A DNA stretch of 63,838 nucleotides, filler included, from Collodictyon triciliatum (GCA_043381765.1; 15 parts of 15 records of this genome joined end to end with filler, not necessarily neighbours in it), one strand, 5' to 3'. Positions 29,630 through 46,565 are shown, numbered from the whole stretch's first letter. Program-made: numbers and translations. The notes: generated from the letters alone by a model not told the origin.

Positions 29630-30430
29630 CCATCCATCGCTGACAAACTCATATCCAAAGAGCAGATTGGCTTCATGAACGGAAGGAACATCGACACAAA
29701 CATCTGGGTTGTCAAAAACGAGGAGTACATGAAATATCAAGTAAGCGGGACACCCCGCGCTATGATTTTCTACGACCTCAAGAAAGCATACGACCATGTG
29801 AACCACGAAGCACTGGAAACCATCCTACACAAAAGAGGCTTCTGTACCGGATTCACAGGTCTTATCCATAAGTTACAACAGAGAGCTGTGGATAGGTGCG
29901 CGTGTAGTCCATGCAGCAACGACCTCTCCAGAATGCATCATGTGCCAAAGTGGAGATGACTCTATCGAACACACATTTATCAAGTGCTCTCTTGCTCAAA
30001 AAGTGACAGAGTCTACCCACAAGATGCTCTCTGAGTTTGATTATACTCCCAACCGACTCAGCGCGTCTGACATCCTGTTTGGCCCACAATACCAAATGAC
30101 CCACGACTCTAGAATACTCTGGACAGTCACAAGGGGACATATGCTGTGGGCCTTATGGAGTGTACGCGCATTCTCTCGCTCCAATGATTCACCCGAACGA
30201 GAAATCAATGAATTCATACTTGAAAGCCTCGTGCAATACAGCTTCCTGAACAGCCTGCTGAAACACGCTCGCATTCTTCGCTACTCTGACCGCAAGCGAA
30301 GAGAGATGTGGGAATGTGTCGTAAGATATCTCCCACAGCATAATCAACCCCTGCTGCCCACGCAACCAATCAACCAGTTGGGACGCCAACCTGACCAACT
30401 CGCTATCACTGACTTCTTTCCAGTGATAGT
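29630..30430 (+). mobile_element. Internally deleted L1/Tx1-like LINE: start of RT joined directly to the C-terminal CCHC (zf-RVT) region
   Basis: LISKEQIGFMNGRNIDTN...IFYDLKKAYDHVNHEALETILHKRGF (early RT motifs). After ~29880, in a different frame: ECIMCQSGDDSIEHTFIKC (C-x2-C-x8-H-x4-C)...LWTVTRGHMLWALW...QLAITDFF. Confidence 0.88.
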
Positions 30431-30572
30431 TTCTTCACAGAAACTTCTATTCTTGTGTTTATTCTCTACCACGCGCACCTATTTCGCCCGTTGTATGCGA
30501 AACCCTAGAACACTTTGAATGAAATAAAGAAAACATATGGCTTTATTGATTCTTTTGGAGCGTGTTGCCAAG

Positions 30573-31237
30573 CTACAATGACTCAAAAGTCTGTGCAAGT
30601 TGTGTTAAATTGGGTGTTCCCGATTGCACCTTCTTGATGCAATCGACCATTTGGCCCCATACAGCAAGGCTATACTGGATAATGACTTTGGCGGTTTTTT
30701 CATAAGAAGAGTTTGCATTCACCTGAGTAGAAAAGCGGAAGGAGACACGGTTGTCACTCACGTCCATAGTAAACGAGTTGCCCATCTGTATCTTCATGTT
30801 GGTACGAAACAGGAGCTCCATCACCTGAGGAAGCGAGACGGATCAAAGCCCATAATATCAGCGTTTTAACATAGACATTGTAGTGGATTGGTAGTTGGGA
30901 GTGTTCTATCGCAATTACATAGAAGTTGGGTGAAATAATGAGATCTAGCAGCCAGTTTCAGATTTTAAAGAAAAGAAAGAAATGAAAGAAAAGAAAAAAG
31001 AAAAGAGGATTTGGAAGAGGAAAGAGAGCCACACGCATAATCATACCCTTGGGACATCATTGGGTGAAACAGGCTGAATGAGCTCGATCATCAACCGAAA
31101 GAAACTTGGCCGGCATGTGATGATCATTCTGGAGCTGTCGCTAGCCTGCAAAACAACGCTCTGCAGACGAATCTCTTCATTCTCGTTGCGCAGGGTGGCG
31201 GAAATGCCGCTCAGAGAAAGACATTGCTGGCAGGCAT
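30573..31237 (-). CDS. Last two exons of an uncharacterised protein (31237-~31047 and ~30824-30573)
   Basis: Open frames ACQQCLSLSGISATLRNENEEIRLQ...NDVPR|gt and ag|VMELLFRTNMK...QTFESL* with canonical splice sites. No family recognised. Confidence 0.55.
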
Positions 31238-32385
31238 NNNNNNNNNNNNNNNNNNNNNNNNNNNNNNNNNNNNNNNNNNNNTTAATTAATTAANNNNNNN
31301 NNNNNNNNNNNNNNNNNNNNNNNNNNNNNNNNNNNNNGCAAGGAAAGTGACCCGTTGTCCCCTCAAAAGACTCATCCAGTGGAATGAAATAGGATGTAAA
31401 CCTTGCTTGAGATAGACGGTTGAAAGGACTCGTCGGAATCAATTTGAGAAGTAACTGTCATGCGTATACTTTCATCGACCCGACAACTTTATCCGCTCTT
31501 CTGTCAGCCTCGAATACAACCAGAAATCGCGTTGGATTTGAATCACCTCGGGTAGAATAGTTTGCGTGTGAGAACACTTTCTCTCCTTTCTATTTTTTTC
31601 TTTTTCTTTCCTTTTTCTCTTTCTTTCCAAAACACAAAAACCATAACCACACAATCCGGGGGTTTTCTACTGCCTTATCAACAGCTCATTCTTGTCCAAG
31701 AGGCGAAGGCGGATTCCTCGACTTTGCTTTCTCCCAATAAACTGTTGAAAAGAAACAAATGCAGTACATTGAAATAATAACACATCACCGAGCACAAGAC
31801 TAATCGATGCGATATGAGTCTACTATCTATTCAATTGCTCAAATATAGTTGGTGATTTAATGTCTGTTACAAAAGGTAACACCATGAAAGATTAGTAAAA
31901 GCGAGCCTATAAAAATATAAAATACACTCTTTAAAATGTAACATTTACGATTTGAAATAATGAAGCACAATGACGAGAAAGAATTAAGGAAGAAACATAA
32001 GGAGAAATACTGCCAATTGAGAATGCCAAGTTTATTTATGGAGCCAAGCCCCATTAAACATTTTGACGGCCCTAGAAAGAGCCAGCGGCTGCGAGAGACT
32101 TGGCGGTATTTGGAGCGGAACCGTCGCTGAGTGTCTTGCAAATAAGGTGTTTTTTTTTTCCAGCAAGAGGAAAGTTAGAGGGAACACATTTATTAAAGAA
32201 TAATTGAGGAAAATAAGTAATAACAAAGAAAAGGAAGAAGAGTTACTGCGGAATTATTGCATTTTAATAGCTATCAGATAGTTCAAAAAATGTAAAAGTA
32301 GACGATGTAACCGGCGATGCATTAAGCGGAGTAAAGTTGGTGTGGCACCCGTATTTGATAGAGTTTGACATTTGGCGACTACATG

Positions 32386-34840
32386 TTAATAGCTAATGAG
32401 AGGACTTACTGTCTTGGTGGCAGCAACAGCTGTTGCAGTAGCTATAGAAGTTATTCCGAGGCGATTCACATTACGGGTGACCTCTACCAAATCGGTGGTG
32501 AGTGAAAAGACTTCTTTGCTTGTTTCGCCTGCTTCCTTTCCGTATCTATGTTTAAACATAGCTGGTTTGTTATTTTTAAAAGAAAAATATTGTTTATTCT
32601 CATATTTCACTCCATGACAGATGGAGAACGATGAATACAACCATCTGAGATTGAAATTTGGTGGTCAAGATATTTTTGAATTTTTTTTTTAAAAGAAATG
32701 AAAAAAAAAAGCAAGCAGATCCATATGCAAATGCTTTCATATTCATTCTATTAAGTAATATATACAAATGAACAATTATATTACTTATGGTCGACTATTT
32801 CTGTTGTTGCTTCACCCAAGTCTTTCAAGATAATGTTGCTGGCCTCGAACGCAGCAAGAAGAACATTCTCTACATGGAAATATAAATATATCATGGTGTG
32901 CTTTGTTTTACCTTGTAATATATGATTAAATCTATTTTAAAAAAAAGTCATCCTTTTTGCAATTTTAGCTAATGTAAAAAATATTACCAACGGCTGATAT
33001 TGTAGTAACAGCAGCAGATTTCGCAGCGTTTGCCGCTGGTGTATTAGCGCTCGCAAGCTATATGAAAAAATTAAGTTCAATAGGCTAGCACAGCTAACGC
33101 ATATGATAATATACCTTTTTCCCGTATTCCGTATCAGCAAATGACTTAGCCAATGCTGATGCTAGATTGGAGGACATGGCTACAACACCAGTGACGAGAG
33201 CAGAGGAGACTAGGAAATAATGTAGTAATCTTTAAAGTTTTATTTTGAGCATATACAAAAGAACATACTGTTGTGGTCGTGTTATATCATAAGGCGTTTC
33301 CTTCAACATGCCAACTTGAAAATAGTTATACTCACCACTAATAGCTGTGACTGATGCCATTTTAGCTGAACGAATAGCCGACTTCGTTGATTCGGAAACT
33401 TTCATGGGAGTTTCAGCCGGTGTAACTTTTGAGATGACAAACTTTCCTCCTCTAATTTTTTTTTTATGGATAAATGGGTATAAGGTTAATATCGAATCAA
33501 ACTTTTTCCTTGAATCGAATAATAGGAAGAAAAACTAACACAATTATTGAATCGTAGGCAAGGTTTAAATCAAGAAAGTAATATATATACATAATATAAA
33601 GCCAGTACAGACAACGTGTTTATGACGTGTATATATATATATATCATAATATATATTTATTTCGACTTTTTTTTTATAGAGCGGAGGAAGGTCGGAGGGG
33701 TTGGATATACATCTGTACTAATGGTATAAATTGGAAAAAAAAGGAGCAAAAACCAAAATTGAAGTAAAAGACAAATGTTGATCTCGGATGGAAGATGATG
33801 TTTACTTTTTCATTCCACTCCCAACGATAGCAGCACCAGTGATTAAACCTTGAGCAGCCATTCGCGAACATATTTCAATCCCAGTCTCAACTTTGGATAT
33901 GGCAACTGCGGTGTCTGCAGAGGGAACTGACGGAGCGGATGAGGATGCAACAACCATCGCTGATGAAGTTGGAGGAGGAGAACTTGCCTGGACAACGGGC
34001 GGGTCTATGGAATGAAAGCTAAGTACAGGCAGATTGACTTGCAAGGCGATATATGATGGAAAAGTAATTAACCATCATCAATAGCGAAATATATGAAAGG
34101 AATGGTGCCATGATTACTGAAAATGAGTAAATATGTAAAAAAAAAAAAAACAGAGTGATGAAGAGGATATATAAATGCATACAAGATACTTCTTCATCCT
34201 CCTCTTCAGTGTTGTGAAGGTCTGCTTCACTTCCGAGAATGCTTTCAAATGCTGCCACTTGTTCTTGTGGCACGGACTCGGGGATAACAATACCATAAAA
34301 GAGTTGACCCGGAAACGTGAATACGTATGTACGAGGGGCGGCTTTGAGAACAGGAATGTCTCCACGCAAGGGATACTGGAAGTTTTGAACCATCACAAAA
34401 ATCACACCATGACCTATTAGAAGTTTTAGGTGTGAAATAATACAGCATATCTAAACAAATACACGATAGATCAACCTTCTGTTCCATGACGGAGAACCTT
34501 CAGTGCTCCCCGAGCAAAGAACTCGCGTCTAGAAACGCAGCAAGCGATAAAAATAATCAAGCATTTCATTTAAATGTCTCCTTAAAAATCAATATAAATA
34601 AAACGTTGAATAAATAAATATTGACAAAGATATAATATTGAACATGGGGGGTTTTTCTCCCTCTTTATTCAAAAATATTACATGTAGATATTACCTATTA
34701 GTATTTTATTAATATGTTCAAAAAATGCATGATTGAATGATATATATAGATAAAAAAATTTTTTTAAACCTTCCTCCTACTACTTTAAAGCACGCGGCAT
34801 CCTTCGCCTCGAAGATCATATCGACGCTTTGGGAGGCCAT
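32386..34840 (-). CDS. Senescence/spartin-associated domain protein (SPG20/ERD7-like), apparently complete, multi-exon
   Basis: MASQSVDMIFEAKDAACFKV...FQYPLRGDIPVLKAAPRTYVF...YGIVIPESVPQEQVAAFESIL, then GLITGAAIVGSGMKK, PMKVSESTKSAIRSAK and TTEIVDHK|YGKEAGE (senescence-domain V.HKYG.EAG motif). Confidence 0.85.
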
Positions 34841-35831
34841 CGTCTTCCTTCCTTATCTCTCTTTGTTTCTCTAATTTTACCACAAGTAAACAAAACAGTG
34901 AAAAGCCAACATAAAGCTACTGAAGACGAAACAACAATTCCGAGGACTGCTGAATGGCGCATGAACAAAAATGAGGAGCATCATAATTCCTTGGCATGCG
35001 TAGTCTCTTTCTCTTTTCAACCCTCTGCTTTCCACCGCCTTGTACTTTGCCTTTTGCCATGGTTGGCTATTGTCGACCAAAAGCCAAACCGCCCGCTCTC
35101 CTTAAGTACACAACGCCGCAGCATAAAAAATAATGGATAAGAAAAAAGTAGAAAAAATAGGAAAAAACTGACTCAGCGTTCACGTAACTTGCTAAGCTGC
35201 TCTGTGTGCTAAGTTGCGTTATGATCAGATAAGAAAATGTGCCTTGCCCGATTCCTTCCTGCGTTGAGCGCGATCAAAAAGGTGATTTGTCTTTCGAAAC
35301 ACCGCGCGGTCTGCAAATCTGGAAACGAGCAGTGCCCTTCCACCCTTTGGCACTCATTCCAGATATGTACCATTACATCGCTTGCCCGATTTTTCTTTCC
35401 AGAATAGTATTTTGCTTTTCATCCCTTGGCACAAGCCTTTTTGGTTGATCTGCTTACTAAGGGTGCGCCAATCTTTCACCAATACTGTTTGGCTTGAACA
35501 ACGATTCTGCTTGGATCCTCGGGGCTCTGTGCTCATTCCTTTTTTTTTTTTTTGTACTATTCCATTGTCATTATCATTATAATTTTCATTTTCCCTTTAA
35601 TTTCTTTTCTCTTTTTTCTCTTTTCTCTTTTTTTTTCTCTTTTTTCTCTTTTTTCTCTTTTTTCTCTTTTTTCTCTTTTTTTCTCTTTTTTCTCTTTTTT
35701 TCTCTTTNNNNNNNNNNNNNNNNNNNNNNNNNNNNNNNNNNNNNNNNNNNNTTAATTAATTAANNNNNNNNNNNNNNNNNNNNNNNNNNNNNNNNNNNNN
35801 NNNNNNNTAGCTGAGAAAAATAGTATTTTAC

Positions 35832-39111
<3,280 letters not shown>

Positions 39112-40045
39112 CTTGAGATAGATATTCGGATTCACATTTAAGACGAGATAACTTCAATGGTATATTTCTTGTAATTGCATTCAAATAGTAGAAAAAAGGA
39201 TGAGTAAGAGTGAAATACTGAGATTAGAGAGAAAAAAAAGAAAAGACAAAAGAGAAAAAAAAGAGAAAAAAAGAGAAAAAAAGAGAAAAAAGAGAAAAAA
39301 GAGAAAAAAGAGAAAAAAAGAGAAAAAAAAGAGAAAAAAAGAGAAAAAAGAGAGAAAAAAAGAAAAAGAAAAATATTGGACTTGAGAAAAAGAGCTCTCA
39401 GAATCCCAGCAGCCTGAGTATGTTTCGAGGGAAGCCAATGCGTTTCGCTGTGGCGCAGCGCCCAAAAATCACGGCAGATCGCAAAACAGTGACGCAAAGT
39501 CGAATTGAAGCGCGCAAACCATTTTATACATACCTGGAATTTATAATTTCTTGTCGTAGCAATGAACCAGGAGCCTATTTCAAACGGATATTATAATTTA
39601 ACATGCGTCGCATAGGTTTTGAGTGATTGAGTACAAAATTACCCAACCAGTTCAGTTGCATTAAATATGATTGCAACCACCTCGGACTGTTATCTTGTAT
39701 TTCCTCACTCTGCTATTGATTAAACAGGCTATCTGAGGCGTGCGTAAAGAGTGGTGGCAGACGGAAAAAAAAACGATAGATTCTATTATTGTTGCCATTC
39801 TCTTTATTATACCCTCTCTCACTTGGTGCAGATGAGAGGTTTGCCATGAATATATTAATTTCTCTTTTGTAATGTGGATTATTCGAAAAACATGAGATGA
39901 GGTTTTTTTTTTCGCCCATTTTTTTTTTTTTTTTTAAAAAAAAAGACACACGACGCTCCCAGTCATGGTTTGTTTCTTCGTAGAAAGAAAAAAGCAATCG
40001 AATTATAATGGAACATCCCTTTGGTTTTGCACAAAAACTACACGT

Positions 40046-40176
40046 ATGGCAACCAAGCCTCACTTTGACGACGAGAATGTGGTCTACGAGCACTACCGGA
40101 CGCGACGGGTGGAGCGAGCAGCGGGGCTGCAGGAGAAGGGACTCTACCCGGCCGGCTGCGTGGTGCGCCTTGTGGG
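40046..40176 (+). CDS. Probable first exon of an unidentified gene, truncated by the scaffold end
   Basis: GC-rich ATG-initiated frame MATKPHFDDENVVYEHYRTRRVERAAGLQEKGLYPAGCVVRLV, transcribed divergently from the lipase. Confidence 0.45.
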
Positions 40177-41646
40177 NNNNNNNNNNNNNNNNNNNNNNNN
40201 NNNNNNNNNNNNNNNNNNNNTTAATTAATTAANNNNNNNNNNNNNNNNNNNNNNNNNNNNNNNNNNNNNNNNNNNNAATACAATGAAACACCAGTAATGT
40301 AAAATCATGTTGTCATTTAGTCTTGTCTTTCCCCGTTTGAATCGAATAAATAGAAAGAAATCTCGTTTTCACCATTTGCCAATGTCATTTTTTATGTAGT
40401 TTGATATATTTTACATAAAACAAACTTTGTATCCGATGCCGTGTTGTCAGGCGATTCTAAAGCGCCCATGCCTCTACGCAAAGTATTATTTATGTGAGTG
40501 ATTACACCAGTGAAGTCGTATTTATAGTGAGGCTGGTGGTAGCTTGACAATTAATTGGCAATCAACACATTTGTACATAATACATATGATAGGATTCCAA
40601 AGTCGTATCTGCAATCTATTTGAACGGCACGTTCTTGCTTCAAAGAGTTGATGTGTTTCTGAAGTTATTTATATGCCAAATAGTTTAAAAAAGAGGGAAA
40701 ACTTGTTTTATTCACTCCAATACCTTGTGTGCTCCACGTTTATTCGGGGGACAACTTTGCGAGTCATCACATTCATCAGCGTTTATTCTATGTATTTGCA
40801 ACTAACAACACATATGGTGTAATAGAAAAGTAAGGTGAAATCCTCTTTGATAATAAGAGTAAACCTATGAGAATAGAGGTTCATCAATGGTAAACGCGAG
40901 AAAACTATGTTATTCTCCTTTTTTTTTTTAAAAAAAAAAGTAGACGTTTGGCAAAGTAGACTCTTGTGGGATTACACGAGAAAGTGAAGATGAAGTCAAA
41001 GAATGATAAAGAAAGCCTGGAAACAAGTATGGTTACTTAATAAAAAGAAAAGTAAACAAAGAAGAAGTTAACGAAGAAAGGAAAAGGAAAAGACGAAAAG
41101 GTAAGATTCAACAGACAATTATACCATCAGTCAAGAAAATGGGCAGGCTTCAAGTCAGTCGATGAATAAAATATAATACATAATAAAGGCACACAGAGCG
41201 GTGCATGTAGCGTTACAGCCTACTATCATCATCATGGGCGCAAAAAGAAAAAGAAAAATATTGCGTCCATGAAGCTGACATTGCGACTTGTAGCCAAGCG
41301 AATATAAAAACAAGTAATCAAATGAAAAATCAGACAAAAGCATAGAATAACAGCAGCACAATGATAACCAGCACACAATCATTATATTAGCCTGTGATAC
41401 ATACTCAAGGTCGATTATCAAACAGGAGATGTGTCACGTTTATCGGCAACTGCTGGAAAGGTTGGTTAAGTTGATTTTTTTTTATTCTCTTCCTTTCATC
41501 CAGCCTCTGCAAACAAGCTGGCAATACTATACATTCATTCGATTTGGTGAACATCGCGATAGTGCTCAATTGTATTGTTTTTGTGGAAAGGGTGGTGTAT
41601 GAGGATGGATGAATGGGTTGTTTAGATGGAGTGGGTATCAGATGAG

Positions 41647-44644
41647 TCACTGGATTGAGCATCTTGAATTCATCTGCGCACTTATCACTCGCATTCCTGC
41701 GTCTTTGGTCTCCGAATGGTCTGCACCATACACACGCTCATACAACTTCTTGGCTTTTTGGAACATGTCCATAGCCTCTTGGTATTTCTTCTGTTTCATA
41801 AGTAGATTACCAATATTGTAGTATGTATTCCCAACACTAGGGTGCATTTCCCCATACACTTTTAGTCGAATTTCAAGTGACTTTTGATAGTACTCCAGAG
41901 CCTTGTCATTTCTGTTGAAAAAAAATAAGTTAATGAAGGATAAAAATCGATAGATAGTCATATAAATGATACTTTCCGAGGTCATAGTAAACCACTCCCA
42001 TATTATTGTATGAAGTGGCAACACTAGGGTGGATTTCTCCATATACTTTCAACTTAATTTCCAATGACTTGTGGTAGTACTCCAGAGCCTTGTCATTTCT
42101 ATGAAACAATATGTTAATGAAGGATAAATATAAATACATAATCAAATAAAAAAATACTTTCTGAGCTTCTTGTAAACCACTCCAATGTTATTATATGAGT
42201 TTGCAACATCAGGGTGAATCTCTCCGAACACTTTCAGTAGGAATTCAAGTGACTTGTAATAGTACTCCAGAGCTTTTTCATATCTGTTAAATAATAAGTC
42301 AATCAAGAAATAACGATAAATACACAATTAAATAAAACATACTTTCCAAGATTCCTATAAACGACTCCAATATTATTAAATGATGTGGCAACGTCAGGGT
42401 GATTCTCTCCAAACTCTTTCAGTCGTATTTTCAGGGACTTGTGATAGTAATTCAGGGCTTCGTCATGTCTATTCAATAATAGTTTATCAAATGATGAAGA
42501 TAAATACATAGTCGAATAAATCATACTTTCCGAGTTGATAGTAAACATTCCCTAGGAAATGCATATTTTTGCTATTCGAACCTAATAAAGATGAACCTAA
42601 ATCAGCAACACTCACAAAAATCCAAATCAACTGACCAAACCCTCATCCGTCTCAACAGAAATGCGGTGCTCAAGAATCGGAATCAAAAAGGCATTCTCTT
42701 GAATTTCTTGAAAGTAATCAACCAACGCAGAGCCAACAGGATTCAGTTGCTGTTGTAAATGACCATTAAAATAAATTCACTATTGATATATGCAATTGAT
42801 TTTATCACCTTGGCTAACTCATAATACACAGCTTTATGGTCATATCCGTTCTTATTCAGCGCTCTCCAGCATTCATAAAATTCGAAGCGATAGCTGCCAT
42901 TCAGCGTGCTTACAACGACCTAAAAAATCGCGTTACAACATAGGTCATAATAATAAAAATAAAATCCCTAATCTAACCATTTCATTCTTTAAAAAGTCCG
43001 CCAATTTATCATATTCGCTGGAAATCCTCAGATTGTGGCATATTTCGGCAACAACACTTTTTTCTTCAGTGTCAGAGCCGTATTCACCCAGCAGCCACAA
43101 TCCATATTCACGTGCTTCACTTTTTGTGTATGCTTCATCCTCAAAGTATCGCTCTTTGATGGATTGTGTGAGCAGCTGATGAGAGAATGCATATCTAAGA
43201 TAAGACATCGAGATTAGCAATTACGACCTTTGAGACATATGAATATCTGTATCACCTCCCGTTTCTCACAAAGAGCGAATCCAGCAAGACAAAAAGAAAT
43301 GATTTCCTAAAATAAAAAATCACAATTTATCAAAAGTAACACATGTATGAATCATATGACAGGAATCGATATACCATGTTGCATGGTTGATTTGCATATG
43401 AATTTGGTGAAGTCGATGCTCCATGTATTTGTCCAGCTCGTTTTCATCAAGACCAATGCGCGACACATAAAGGACACTGATGGACAGACGAACAATATCT
43501 TTGCCTAAAATTATATATAAATCAAAAAATTATGCTAAAAGAACACTTTCAGATTTATCACAATACCATATTTCTTTTCCCAGCGAGTCATCACAAGGTC
43601 GAACAAATTGACAACTCCCTTTGTCTCCAGCATTTCATGAAGCTCGGAGTCTACTTTTTCGTACACTCCAAACACACGAAGCTCATCCAGCACAATGCGC
43701 AGGTAGAGTGGATGACCTGTTCTCGTACTCACAATTAGAATATCTATTCTAAAAAATAAAATATAATTAGAATTAGAATAATTATTAGATATAATCACCA
43801 GTATCGTCACGGTCACTCAGTATCATTTCCATCTGTTTCTCGTTCAAGGTCTTGTTGTAGCTATTGAAGAAAGAGATGACTGCTTGTCTGATTCCGACAT
43901 CATCAAGCTTCGATACAGGAATTACATCTAACCCTGCTGACCTGGCAACCTATTCAAAAGCGATTGGATTAATTCAAATACATCTAAAGGCTCAAAAATT
44001 AACAACAAACATCGCATGATTCGTGGGTGTCAAATGTGGATGCGACGATGGAGATGTTCTTTGGTGTCTTTTTGGGAAGCCATTCAAGGCGGTGGACGTG
44101 CTTGTTATGCTCTGAATTGACCAACTGGTTGAATGCATCGATAACCAAGACAACCTGCTTTTTTCTGTATTGATAGGCTTGTCAGATAGTATATTTATTG
44201 GTTAATTAAAAATGAGATTATTGAAATCGACTCATTTTTCGATGCAAGCTTGAGTATGTGGTCTAGTCCCTTCTTCAAAGCTTCCTTCCCTACAGCATGG
44301 CATAAAAACAAAATGAGTGCTTATGTGACACATTGAATGAAAAATATTCTAAAAATAACCAATTAATTATCATTTGACATGTGAACCTTCTTCGGATTCA
44401 AGTTTGAGCTCGATTGCTTCATTTTCAACAAGAATGCGAGCTACACGCTCCACCAAACTATAACGAATGGTGATTAATACTTATATGACCAATTAACATA
44501 TTTTACCCAACTATTTTATTCGAGTATTCTTACATTTCTACATAGTTACTCAGGTTTGAGCATCCGACAAAGTGGTAGATGACTACTAGATTTGACTTTT
44601 TGCCCGCATTCAGGTCACGAACCAATCCGCTCATAATAGTCGAT
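41647..44644 (-). CDS. NACHT/STAND-type ATPase with C-terminal 42-aa TPR repeats (NPHP3/NWD-like architecture), 5'-truncated
   Basis: VVIYHFVG, Walker B VVLVIDAFNQL, LEWLP, GHPLYLRIVLDELRVFG, FSHQLL..SIKERYF, followed by TPR repeats of the form ALEYYxKSLEIxLKVxGExHPxVAxSYNNIG. Confidence 0.9.
41912..42526 (-). repeat. Tandem ~185-bp exon+intron units, each exon encoding one TPR (126-nt exons 42468-42343, 42283-42158, 42098-41973; introns 58-61 nt)
   Basis: Exons are exactly 126 nt with the same phase at both ends. The four introns are visibly homologous (gtat...tttat...tatgtatttat...ttatt...ag). Confidence 0.9.
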
Positions 44645-44856
44645 NNNNNNNNNNNNNNNNNNNNNNNNNNNNNNNNNNNNNNNNNNNNTTAATTAATTAA
44701 NNNNNNNNNNNNNNNNNNNNNNNNNNNNNNNNNNNNNNNNNNNNAATAACAAGAATAACAAGAATAACAAGAATAACAAGAATAACAAGAATAACAAGAA
44801 TAACAAGAATAACAAGAATAACAAGAATAACAAGAATAACAAGAATAACAAATTAC

Positions 44857-46565
44857 TTGGAAGCTGCACGCAGGGCATATGTGGTTATGTGGACTTAAGT
44901 CTCCTTTTCGTGGCAGACCGTGTGCTTTGCTGCAACCTTGGCAGCTCAAAAAGCGCTCCTTTATATATATATTTATGACAAAACTTAAATGTCATACATA
45001 TACTTATTTCATAAACAAAAACCTCTCCAGAGCTTCTTAGATCCATGAGCCCTTTACACACGCCACAAGTTGAAAAGTCCAAGGCAACAACAACAGATGA
45101 TAAACCTTTATGGCTGAAGTGATTTGCAATTGACTGTCCATTTTCGGTTAGTATGACGTAATCAATCATAATATGTTCTTTAGCTTCTATTGGCTCCCTA
45201 TTTCATTCATTCATTTTTTTTTTTAAAAAAATAAATAGAAAAGAACAATTTGCAATATCAATATAGTATACTTCCCAAATCGGCTATTTTTGCAGGGGTT
45301 TTCTCTACCTGGTCTAGTTTAGATGCTTCTGTTTGTACTTTGGAAAACAACTGGGACATTGTCTGGACCCATTCCCGAACCACATCAACTTTTTGTCTTG
45401 AGCCTTGTGATATTTTCTTCATATCATCCTCCATCTATACAATAAGATTTGTTTCATTTTTATTTTTGTTGTAAAGACTAGCATAATAATTCGTTTTTGA
45501 AACAATACTCACCCTTCTTCGCAAGTTTGGTTTGGTCATGTCCAAATTCATCTGCTCGTACGCTTCATATAGAGCTAATCCAAATTTTGTAGGAGAGAAA
45601 TAGTTATTCTGCTTCACAGCATAACCGCGCTCTTGTATATTTGAAATATGCTGCGCCATTGTTGCATCCGTTCCTTTTTATCATTTTCTTCTTTTTTAAA
45701 TAATGTCATAAAATACTGATGAAATATTGCTATTGACATACTGCATCTCATCATACTCTAATATATCTAATCATGCATCTAAAATTTATGACTTATTTTC
45801 CTAATCTCTGAATATACCGATTCCATTCTTATCCATGAGCGTGAGTAGCTCTGATTCAGTCAAAAGCTGTGGTGCTGTAGTTTTCCCTTCAGTCATTATC
45901 AAAGAAAATGGTTCGATTATTTCCCCGAGAATAAAGTCTGGTATATTGTTTCCAACCCATTTTTCATACGGGTAAACATCTAGGAAATTTTTCTCTTTGA
46001 CCACCAGACCTATTTACAACATAATTTTTGTAAACTGGTTACTTATTAACTTTTTTTTTTTTTTTTGTTAAATTAAATAGTAGAAAATTTACTGTTAGGC
46101 TTTCTTGCGAGTTACGATGCAAAGAGAAGTGGTTATTGATTTCATGCACCACATCTTTATCAAAGTTCATAAATTCAGTTTACCTGTGGTCCGAAAAGTT
46201 TGTCCAGAAATGTCCATTTCGGCAGTTGTCTCATAGCCGTGGGCATCGTCTGAGCAGCACGCAAGAAAGTGTCTAGCAACGAGTTCATACAAGGACTAAA
46301 TAATTAACTCGATTAGGAGTGACGATATTGGCTATTCCTTACATCAGGTGCCGTTCTATTTTATTTGGACATAACAGACCCTAAAATTGAATGAAGGAAT
46401 TTTTTTTGGCATAAAAGAAAAGACAGTTATCCAATTTTTAAGCAAATTTGATAAACCTTCGCATCTCCAGACAAATTATCAACGAAGCGAGTTGGGTGAA
46501 TGGGTGGATGGGAATTATCATCATGTTTTCCAGGTCTGGGATCTCGATATTTTCCTTGTAAAAGC
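44857..46565 (-). CDS. TOP3A: DNA topoisomerase III alpha, central-to-C-terminal fragment
   Basis: [84 protein letters not shown], and zinc-ribbon cysteines (CGVC, CQGC, CPAC). Confidence 0.92.

Noticed and set aside
35318-35362. Hairpin tctggaa...agtgcc / ggcact...ttccaga considered as a snoRNA or other ncRNA
   Set aside because: No H/ACA or C/D boxes in the right positions and no other support.
40130-40176. YPAGCVVRLV as the start of an SMC5 ATPase head
   Set aside because: The scaffold ends before any confirming motif (NF.TY, Walker A); too short to name.
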